A DNA stretch of 26,486 bases from Candidatus Hydrogenedentota bacterium (GTDB lineage Bacteria > Hydrogenedentota > Hydrogenedentia > Hydrogenedentales > GCA-2746185), in contig JAYGCN010000062.1 in assembly GCA_046583315.1 (NCBI GenBank), positions 1 to 26,486 on the forward strand. The letters are read 5' to 3'. The translations under genes and the position numbers were made by a program. The notes under the pieces were generated by a model, which was not told where the DNA came from, searched no databases, and was given only the letters and a program-made list of their open reading frames with translations. Of this stretch, positions 1-7,658 are shown piece by piece. Every line of letters starts with the position of its first letter. The stretch's first letter is position 1.

Positions 1-627
1 ATTCAGGGCGATGAACGACGTATTGATTACGAACTGATTCTCAGCCACATCGATGCGAATTCACGCGTGTTGGATATCGGCTGCGGTGACGGGGATTTTC
101 TGTGTCATTTGATAGCGGAAAAAAACGTGCAGGGTGTCGGACTGGAACTTGATGAACGCCAGATTATTCATTCCATCGAAAACGGCATCTCTGTAATTCA
201 AGCGAACATTGATGACGGGCTGAGCGCGTTACCGGATCAATGTTTCGATTACGTCACGTTTACGCGAACTCTTCAGATGGTTGAGAAACCGCACGAAGTA
301 TTGCTTGAGATGCTCCGGGTTGGGAAAAAATGCATTGTTACATTTCCGAATTTTGGTTTCTGGAAGGCGCGAGGTCTGATGTTCTTTACAGGGCGCTCAC
401 CCAAGACGAGCAATTTTCCTTTCGATTGGTATGAATCGCCGAACCGGCACTATTTTTCGATCAAAGATTTCCGACGCCTGTGCAATAAACTCGGCATAAT
501 TATCGAAAAGCAGATTCCTCTGAACAGTTGCGGGCAGATCACGTTGTTTCCCAATGCCCGGGCCGAAGACGCTATCTATATCATCACGTCGAACGCGAAC
601 AGTCTCCACGGAATCAGCCAAGGCTAG
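1..627 (+). CDS. metW: Methionine biosynthesis protein MetW (SAM-dependent methyltransferase fold), 5'-partial
   Basis: Frame is open from base 1 (IQGDERRIDYELILSHIDANSRVLDIGCGDG); MetW-typical motifs VLDIGCGDG, EMLRVGKKCIVTFPNFGFW, FDWYESPNRH. Confidence 0.88.
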   Translation: MQGDERRIDYELILSHIDANSRVLDIGCGDGDFLCHLIAEKNVQGVGLELDERQIIHSIENGISVIQANIDDGLSALPDQCFDYVTFTRTLQMVEKPHEVLLEMLRVGKKCIVTFPNFGFWKARGLMFFTGRSPKTSNFPFDWYESPNRHYFSIKDFRRLCNKLGIIIEKQIPLNSCGQITLFPNARAEDAIYIITSNANSLHGISQG

Positions 628-1013
628 GCATCGGGTTCTGCCTCCAGCCAGGCGATCGCATCATCCATGCCTTGAAAGACTTTGGTGACGCGATGGTTAT
701 CTTGTGCAAGTTCACGGAATGCTTCATACATCCGGGACAGGCCGAATTCGATATCGTTTTTGGTGACGATTGCCAATCGCTTTGATACACCCGAATCGTG
801 TTCTGCGCCAGCTGTCGCCAGTTGCTCTATACCCGATGTCGTTACCGTCAACGCTTCGAGTCCACGGAAGTCTGCGATCTCATCGAATGCGCGAATTTCG
901 GGCATTGCCCAGAGCTCCTGCTGACATTCCAGGAGCTGCTCGTCGGACATGACACCTGTCCACGCAATGAGAGTGCGTTTCTTGCCTTCGTCAATGTTGA
1001 TACGATAGGGCAT
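624..1013 (-). CDS. Hypothetical protein, SpoIIAA/STAS-SEC14-like small alpha/beta domain
   Basis: 129-aa ATG ORF; pattern IADFR...RLAIV...FGLSRMY...VF...AIAWLE; good promoter upstream. Confidence 0.7.
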   Translation of the reverse strand: MPYRINIDEGKKRTLIAWTGVMSDEQLLECQQELWAMPEIRAFDEIADFRGLEALTVTTSGIEQLATAGAEHDSGVSKRLAIVTKNDIEFGLSRMYEAFRELAQDNHRVTKVFQGMDDAIAWLEAEPDA

Positions 1014-1046
1014 GATAGTTCTCGCGAGTTATCTGGACAGAACTCA

Positions 1047-1075
1047 ATCCTACAAAGCGACTCGCACAATGTCAA
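1047..1075 (-). promoter_or_regulatory. Sigma70-type promoter for the 624-1013 gene
   Basis: Minus strand TTGACA-N17-TAGGAT. Confidence 0.65.
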
Positions 1076-1122
1076 CCACTTTAGGGTGAGGAAGGACCGC
1101 GCAAAATCCCCTTGCGGCTGTA

Positions 1123-1449
1123 TTACTCAGTTGCCGAATCCCATTGATACACTTCCGCAACACGCTCAACGAGTTCACCGGTGATTTGATACCCCGCATT
1201 CCCATTGGTCATGACGATTATTCCATAACCTTTCTCTTTGTGGGCGAGAAAACTGCTGATAAATCCCCAATCGGAACCACCGGGGCTGAAATAGTTCCCG
1301 TTACTCGCCCTAGAAAATCCCAGGCCATAGTCTCCCCCTACCTCAGTCGGAGTCATCATCGCGCGAGCCATTTCCCGCGATAATATCCCTTTGTCTCCGT
1401 GCAATATTTTCTGTACTGAAATCGCAAACGTTGCCAAATCGCTCGGCGG
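1123..1449 (-). pseudogene. C-terminal remnant of a beta-lactamase-family (AmpC-like) serine hydrolase
   Basis: PSDLATF...MMTP...YGLGF...YFSPGGSDWGF...GYGIIVMTN...ELVERVAEVYQW matches the family C-terminus; the SxxK-containing N-terminus is absent and the usual HGG reads PGG. Confidence 0.8.
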
Positions 1450-2121
1450 CGCGATTCGAATTCGCGATGACGCCGGTGGTCCATCAGAACGCATGCGCGA
1501 GAAATTGCAGCAACCCGTCGGTGTTGTATTCGAGAAAATTCACATCGTCAACCTCGCTAAAGTATTACAAGATAATTACGACTTGAATATAGCAATCGAT
1601 TGGAGTGTCGTTGCGCCAGTGGACTCCGATTCTCCAGACGACTATGTCTCGGATGGAATCGTCGAATACGTCAATCTCAAAAACGTCACCCTGCAACAGG
1701 CACTGATGGCCTTCCTCAGGCCTCTGGGTCTGGTTTCGGAAATCGAAGGTAACATCATCACGATTACTTCGCCCGAGCGCCTTTCCTCCGCGCACGAAAT
1801 ACAAAATACCGAAGTCGGCGGCCCGAATCGAGTTCGCAGTGAAGCTAGTGGCCCGTCGGAACGAATGCGCGAGATATTGCAACAACCGGTCGGCGTCGTA
1901 TTTGAAAAAGTTCACATCGTAGACTTGTTTAAAGTGCTACAGGACAATTACGACGTGAACATAGCGACCAATTGGAGTGTCGTTGCGCCGGCAGACTCAG
2001 ATTCTCCCGACGAATACGTCAATCTCACAAACGTCACATTACAACAGGCGCTGATGGCCATCCTGAGGCCGCTGAATCTGGCTCCGATGATCGAAGGGGA
2101 CATCATCACGATTACGACGCC
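1443..2121 (+). repeat. Intragenic tandem duplication (copy 1 1443-1773, copy 2 1815-2121)
   Basis: GPSERMRE(K/I)LQQPVGVVFEK...LQDNYD...WSVVAP.DSDSPD...NVTLQQALMA.LRPL...IEG.IITIT occurs twice; copy 2 lacks 24 nt. Confidence 0.95.
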
Positions 2122-3306
2122 GAAGAAGATCACGGAGAATAATGTCGCTCATCTGAATGCTGGACCGGGTCCGCAGCCGAAGTACTCGAAAACGGAAGCA
2201 TTGCTCGCTACATTAGTCACGATCGATTTCGGTAATTCTCCGCCTCTGTCGAGGGTCCTCGAAATGCTGGCGGATGAGACGGATATCAATATCATGATCG
2301 ACAATCGAGTCGTGGCACCCGCGCCGGGCGAAAAAAGGGGCACACCTGATACTGTTATCACGGATGGAATACTTCCAGGCGAGTGGCACTTTAGCGATGT
2401 AAGGTTGCGCGTGGTGCTGAAGAACGCGCTTGATACCCTCGGGCTGACGTACACCGTGCAAGATGGTTTTATCTGGATCACGTCACCGGAAAACGCCCGG
2501 CACGAATCTTTCGAAGACCTGGAAACGCGGGAGTATGATTTGCCCCATAGGTTTGGCCCAAGCTGACTGTTCTCCTTGAACCTTGGGAATTCTGAGAACC
2601 CAGGGAATCAACTTCCTGCAGTTCCCCAGAAAATCTGGATGGCCCGATTGGATGATGTGGCACCTCCAGTTCGCGAACCAATCTCAAAAAAACCAATATC
2701 GTACAAAAAGTATAACGTGGTCCAGCATCGTCTCAGCGTACACACTAAGCCAACCCGCCACGCAAAGATTAGGGAATTCCTCGAGAATCCGGTGTTTAAA
2801 GCTCCTACGCTGACAACCCAGTACTACCGAATTCCAGCGTCGCTCAAGACACGAATGGGCTTCGTAGGCGAGTTTGCAAGAGCAGAGCGGTGGCGCTATA
2901 CGCTGGACGAGGTCGCCCCCAAGGTTTTGGAGCCGGTGTCAGGCAAGGCGTGGTCATTCAAATACTATAATTTGACAATGGCCAACTCATTGTTCATACA
3001 ACGCCAAGTCAACACGCGAAGCTAAAGGACTTTTTTGATAATCCCGATTTCGATCTCATTGATGAACTACCGGGGCTTTCGACGCGGTATTACGACCTCG
3101 ACTCCAAGGCGGTCACGCACTTTGGCATGGTAAAGAACTGGACGGTTCTTGGAGAAAAATTGCTACCGGTTCTCGACGCTCAGGATCGCGACATCTCGAT
3201 GGTGCAATATAACGCGGAAACCCATCAGCTCATCGTGCATCAGACGGATGAGAATCATCAACGACTTGCTTGGTATCTGGACGATATCAAGGGCAACGCG
3301 GAATAA
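1443..3306 (+). pseudogene. 5'-truncated, disrupted gene with three STN/secretin-N0-like domains followed by three secretin-N (NolW-like) repeats
   Basis: ORFs 1391-2566 and 2576-3025 share a frame, split by one TGA (2564-2566). A -1 shift near 2972 continues the repeat (NGQLIVHTTPSQHAKLKDFFDNP...YNAETHQLIVHQTDENHQRL) to TAA 3306. No signal peptide or credible start. Confidence 0.72.
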
Positions 3307-3329
3307 AATCGTTTCCTTCTAGGTTCCTA

Positions 3330-3358
3330 TTGACAGTCCATCGCTGAGGCGATAAACT
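3330..3358 (+). promoter_or_regulatory. Sigma70-type promoter for the brxC-like gene
   Basis: TTGACA-N17-TAAACT, then AAGGA RBS before ATG 3382. Confidence 0.75.
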
Positions 3359-3381
3359 GACAGGCACAAAGGATCCGAATC

Positions 3382-3876
3382 ATGAAATTTCACATTCTCG
3401 CAGTCGCGTTGTTAATTTTAGTACCCACTTTTGCTCAGGCGGACATCTTGCCGAACACGAACAAGTTCAAGTCCGACCCGCGTAATGTCGAGGGCGAAAA
3501 TTGGGAAGGTCCGCATGTGCCGGAGATTATGACGGAAGGCGACTGGAAGAAGGTTATCGCAAAATCGAAGGAAGCGCCTGTTTTCGTGTTCAAACACAGC
3601 ACGGAATGCCCGGTATCGGCTGGAGCGGCCTATCGCACGAACACTTTCATCAGCAAAGAAGCCACAAAAGACACGCCGAATTTTTACTTTGTCAAAGTCA
3701 TCGAGCGGAAACCGGTATCGAAGACCATCGAGGCGAGCACGAAGGTTAAACATGAATCTCCCCAGCTGCTCTTGCTCAAGGATGGCAAAGTGCTGTGGAA
3801 TACTTCCCATGAGAAAATTACAGCGGATAGCATCAAGAAAGCAGTTGCTCAAAACGTAGAAGTGGGCTTAGACTAA
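3382..3876 (+). CDS. ytxJ: BrxC/YtxJ-family monothiol thioredoxin-fold protein (DUF2847) with N-terminal signal peptide
   Basis: FKHSTECPVS and VKHESPQLLLLKDGKVLWNTSH motifs; N-terminus MKFHILAVALLILVPTFAQA. Confidence 0.85.
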   Translation: MKFHILAVALLILVPTFAQADILPNTNKFKSDPRNVEGENWEGPHVPEIMTEGDWKKVIAKSKEAPVFVFKHSTECPVSAGAAYRTNTFISKEATKDTPNFYFVKVIERKPVSKTIEASTKVKHESPQLLLLKDGKVLWNTSHEKITADSIKKAVAQNVEVGLD

Positions 3877-4290
3877 TTGCGCCCCGATCCTCGAATTTTC
3901 TCGTTACTCTCGATCAGTCTTCTGTCGGTTAGCTTGGCCTCGTGCATGTCCTCCGAACTGCGGGTTAAATTCCCCGAAACGATTTCCACGATGGACGACC
4001 TCGATAAGGTAAAGGTGATATACGAAGAAGTGTTTTCAATTGGTCTGTACATGCACAAGAAAGACGGAATATTTACAGACACGACGGGTGCCATATTCAT
4101 TTACAAGGATGATGATCGAAATCACATCATTGCATTCTACATACCAGAAGGCGACACATTTACGCTCATCGAGCAACCTGTAGTTCTTACGGATATTGAA
4201 AAAGTTTATGGCTCTCGGCATTCGAAGAGGAAAATGTTCCCTGTATCATGGCCGAGACGACCGCTGGGGGCGAAATCTACGTGTACGTGA
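3877..4290 (+). CDS. Putative lipoprotein, possibly frameshifted (alternative end 4331)
   Basis: Hydrophobic N-terminus with lipobox LASC; TTG start abuts the preceding stop; a more protein-like tail lies in the -1 frame. Confidence 0.5.
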   Translation: MRPDPRIFSLLSISLLSVSLASCMSSELRVKFPETISTMDDLDKVKVIYEEVFSIGLYMHKKDGIFTDTTGAIFIYKDDDRNHIIAFYIPEGDTFTLIEQPVVLTDIEKVYGSRHSKRKMFPVSWPRRPLGAKSTCT

Positions 4291-4346
4291 AGGACGGAAT
4301 TATTCAGCAGACTGTTAGAAAGGATCAGTGAAACTACTGAACGATC

Positions 4347-5216
4347 CTACCAGCGAATCTTCTCTGGAAAAAATTCCGCGATGAGTTCCTGATAAAACGG
4401 TTTCAACTCTTTTACCTTCGGGGGTTCATCGGATTTGGAATAGAGATCGTAGGGGTTGAATGCGCGCACCCATTTAAACATTTCTTTGTCGTGATCCGTC
4501 ATGAGATGTTCGTAAGCGTTCTCGCGATGGGCCGAATAGAAGCTATGGTAGCGAACGATGTATCGCGCGGGTTCGGGCAGGTAATCCTTGGTCACGAGGT
4601 ACATGTATTCGTCGTGACCCCAGGACATGGTGACCTTGTCGAGTCCACAACCGGCTTCGTAAATACCACATTCCGTCTGCAGTTCCGCACGTTTCAAATC
4701 TGGACTGTCCGCAAAGAATTTCGGATACACAATCTTGTCGGAGAACGCGCAACCAAGCGGGAAGGTATCCCCCACCACCGCCCATTGCGGTTCGTCGTTG
4801 AAGCAGAGGATTTTTCCGAGGTCGTGAATCAGGCCCGTCAGTATGAACCAGCGGGGATGCCCATCGGCGCGAATCGCTTCGGCGGTCTGCAGTAGGTGTT
4901 CGATTTGCGAAACGTCTGTGTCCGGATCGCTGTCGTCGACGAGCTCGTTCAGATATTCGCAGGCTTCCCAGAGTCCCATCTCTTTGCGATTTAACGGCGC
5001 ATACTCATCGCGTTTCCCGCGGGCGAATTCCAGGGTTTGATGTATATGGTTCAGGCGATAGAATTCAGCGACCGTATCGCGCACGGGGTCGTCGTAATTT
5101 CGAAAGTCATCTTTCGCCTTCCCGTTGAAATCGCCTTTCTCGGGATAACGTTCGAGCAGATCGTCTTCCCAGACTTCGAGCGACTCCAAGGGCCCTTTTG
5201 ATATATCGCGTGACAT
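4347..5216 (-). CDS. myo-Inositol oxygenase (MIOX, HD-domain di-iron enzyme)
   Basis: [69 protein letters not shown] 5216 chosen for a GGAGG RBS 8 nt upstream. Confidence 0.95.
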   Translation of the reverse strand: MSRDISKGPLESLEVWEDDLLERYPEKGDFNGKAKDDFRNYDDPVRDTVAEFYRLNHIHQTLEFARGKRDEYAPLNRKEMGLWEACEYLNELVDDSDPDTDVSQIEHLLQTAEAIRADGHPRWFILTGLIHDLGKILCFNDEPQWAVVGDTFPLGCAFSDKIVYPKFFADSPDLKRAELQTECGIYEAGCGLDKVTMSWGHDEYMYLVTKDYLPEPARYIVRYHSFYSAHRENAYEHLMTDHDKEMFKWVRAFNPYDLYSKSDEPPKVKELKPFYQELIAEFFPEKIRW

Positions 5217-5275
5217 GGTTAGTACCTCCAATGCGTTCGTCGCTATTTTACTGCGTTTTACTGCTAAACCACAAT

Positions 5276-5386
5276 GTTCTTTCTTTTCGGGTGAAATGAA
5301 AGAACCAAAGAAAAACCGATATTGGAAATACGAAGTATTTCCCGGTTCTTTTTGGCCTTACCTCTTTTTATCAATAAAAAGGTAAG
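5276..5386. repeat. Composite palindromic element: two inverted REP-like units around a central hairpin
   Basis: Hairpin 5276-5305 + CCAAAGAAAAACCG, central GGAAATAC-GAA-GTATTTCC (5324-5342), then CGGTTCTTTTTGG + hairpin 5357-5386; related units at 18424 and 19054. Confidence 0.85.
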
Positions 5387-5394
5387 ATGCGGTT

Positions 5395-5772
5395 ATGGAT
5401 GAGGGTGGACATTTTGATGCGCTCCGGCAGGTGCTTGTGCAGGCTTGGTCGTTGCCGGAGGATGTGGATGCTTCGCGGGATCGACTTCTCGCGGCGTTGG
5501 CCGATCGTGTTTCAGAGCTGTTGGACAAGGACATGCACCGACTCAGCACGGCGATGTACACGCTGGATATCGATGAATCGCGATTTCAGGACGCTTTGGA
5601 TCTGCGCGGGGTGGACACGAAGGCTACAGCCGTGGCGGAACTCATTCTGGAACGCGAACTGCAGAAAATCCTAACACGGCGACGCTATGAGCAGATGAAG
5701 CGTAACTCGACGCAAGATGAAGCTGAGCAACCGGTCATCGACGTCCGGCATAAACGGCTTCCGGGCGATTAA
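5395..5772 (+). CDS. Hypothetical alpha-helical protein
   Basis: 125-aa ATG ORF with MYTLDIDE...AELILERELQKILTRRRY; stop overlaps the convergent gene's stop. Confidence 0.75.
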   Translation: MDEGGHFDALRQVLVQAWSLPEDVDASRDRLLAALADRVSELLDKDMHRLSTAMYTLDIDESRFQDALDLRGVDTKATAVAELILERELQKILTRRRYEQMKRNSTQDEAEQPVIDVRHKRLPGD

Positions 5773-7466
5773 TGCTTGCCCTGCAACATGCGAATCGCCA
5801 TGTCGCGTACTTGTGTGGCGGCGGCGGGACCTTGGGATACTGATTCCTCGTAGGCATCGATGCGAAAATCGTAGGGCGGCACCATGTAGCCGATTTGGTC
5901 GTTCGCGAGACCGATTAGCACGCGCGGGAAGCCATCCATCTGTTCGAGAATCTCGAAACTCACTTCAGGCAAAAGCTCGCCGGGTAGGGTCACGAATTGC
6001 GCGTCGCCGAGTTGAACGTAAATCATGTCCGTGGTGATGCGTCCGCGATAAATGGAACGGATGCCGGATTCGTAGCGTTCTTTGAAGTTCGGATTCGTCA
6101 TGGGAATTTGCAGGAGTCGCTGATCGACGGAGAACTTGTTTTCGACCATGGGTTGTGTCGTCGGCACCATTTCTTTCACGATAGAGGCCAATTGCAGTCC
6201 CATTTCCTCGGCTGATTCGTGGGTTCGTGCACGGTTGTCGCCGCTGACCATACCGCCGACGGCGCCGTTCAGGAACACAGCCAGCCCTCCCCCATCCCGT
6301 GTGATCTGATCACACATATAACCCGGAAAATCAGCGCTTACTTCGCGGGAACCTTTCTCAAGTGACTCCACGTGGCACGCAAAATTCACCATGGTCGTGA
6401 TGACCTTTCCGTTCTTGCCAATCGCTTGTATCAGCGAGATTGTCGGGTCCAGAACGCCCGGGTTGCGTGCATTGCGAAACAGATCTTGCACCCGAATGCC
6501 GTCCATGGGAAGCTCTTTGGAGGCGGCGCGCAACTCGGTAATTTCTTCGAGATCTCCCAAGGCTTCTTTCACGCTTGCGATCACCTGACTCTGGATGTGG
6601 GCGATGTATTCGGTCGGGTAATGTCCGTATACACCAATGGTGTCGCCTGTTGCGTGGTTGTGTGACATGCCGAAGATGAGATGGTTTACGCCCAGCGCCT
6701 TGGCGCCGTCGCGCATGACGTTCACGTCTTTCCAACCCATACCAAAATTGTCTGCACCGACGAAGGCGACCGATTCATCGTCATTCTTGAACACGGCGAT
6801 ACGCACTTTGAGATCATCGTGAATTTTGTAACGGTGTGGCAGCCAGTCCTCGCCCTGCGGAGAAATTACTTTTTCCGATATGCCTACTTTCATTCCTGAC
6901 CAGTTTGCTTTTTTCGCGGGTGCAGGTTGAGGGCCTTGACGCAGATGGCTCAGATCCATGAGTTTTCGTTCACCGGCGGGCACGCGCGTGGTGGTGTGAG
7001 GGAAATAGGCGACACCGGTTGTATTTCCGTCTGACGTTATCGAAAACCGCAGGCCTTCCTTTGTGTAGTCCAGCATTCGCCAGGTGGCCATGCGCAATTC
7101 GTATTCGGGCTCGCCCATTGCCGCGCGAATTTTCGATTCCGTCTCGTATCCTTTCGGAATGGATGCGGCATCAATATTGGCCAGGTGCGCGTCGGGACTT
7201 TTGCCGCCCATGTGCAACACGTCATACAGGCCGGGACGGTCCTTCGCCGGGTAATAGAGTTTATAGCTGTACCATTTTGATTCGAATTCAGGTTCGCCAA
7301 GGAGTTCCCGAACTTTGGCATGATTGTCGGCACCGGGAGTCAATCCGTTAAAGGTGAGAGCGCGTGCGGGTGCATCCTCCGGCACCATGCCCTTGACCGC
7401 CTGCGCGGAAGCCGAAACTGAGGTCCACAGCAAACTTATCATTCCAATCCAGATTATTGATCGCAT
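5769..7466 (-). CDS. Exported protein with N-terminal repeats and a neutral/alkaline ceramidase-like domain
   Basis: ATG 7466 with GAGGAG RBS and signal peptide MRSIIWIGMISLLWTSVSASAQA; motifs IHDDLKVR, SHNHATGD, VNFACHVE, VSADFPG, FLNGAVGG, TLPGE, GLANDQIGY, YEE. Confidence 0.75.
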   Translation of the reverse strand: MRSIIWIGMISLLWTSVSASAQAVKGMVPEDAPARALTFNGLTPGADNHAKVRELLGEPEFESKWYSYKLYYPAKDRPGLYDVLHMGGKSPDAHLANIDAASIPKGYETESKIRAAMGEPEYELRMATWRMLDYTKEGLRFSITSDGNTTGVAYFPHTTTRVPAGERKLMDLSHLRQGPQPAPAKKANWSGMKVGISEKVISPQGEDWLPHRYKIHDDLKVRIAVFKNDDESVAFVGADNFGMGWKDVNVMRDGAKALGVNHLIFGMSHNHATGDTIGVYGHYPTEYIAHIQSQVIASVKEALGDLEEITELRAASKELPMDGIRVQDLFRNARNPGVLDPTISLIQAIGKNGKVITTMVNFACHVESLEKGSREVSADFPGYMCDQITRDGGGLAVFLNGAVGGMVSGDNRARTHESAEEMGLQLASIVKEMVPTTQPMVENKFSVDQRLLQIPMTNPNFKERYESGIRSIYRGRITTDMIYVQLGDAQFVTLPGELLPEVSFEILEQMDGFPRVLIGLANDQIGYMVPPYDFRIDAYEESVSQGPAAATQVRDMAIRMLQGKH

Positions 7467-7592
7467 CGTGCTTGACTCCTCATTTCCAGAATTGATCGCC
7501 TTGGCAGTGCAGTGCGCAGGCATTGTTGGTCGCATTCGATTTACGATAGGTAACGGATACCAAGGTATCGACCTATTGCGATCATAGTACAC

Positions 7593-7631
7593 AAAAAATC
7601 CGCAGGAACGAAACGCGTTCCTGCGGATTTT
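7593..7631 (-). terminator. Rho-independent terminator of the beta-oxidation gene
   Basis: 16-bp perfect stem AAAATCCGCAGGAACG/CGTTCCTGCGGATTTT ending in a T-run on the minus strand. Confidence 0.85.
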
Positions 7632-7658
7632 CAATTTCAGCCTTGTTTAAGGCACGTT

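Noticed and set aside
1391..1442. TTG start and first 17 codons of the 391-aa ORF
   Set aside because: This is the antisense of the hydrolase remnant; repeat homology only starts at 1443
2564..2566. In-frame TGA as selenocysteine or programmed readthrough
   Set aside because: No redox-motif context or evident SECIS hairpin; the gene is also 5'-truncated and frameshifted, and other genes here use TGA as a normal stop
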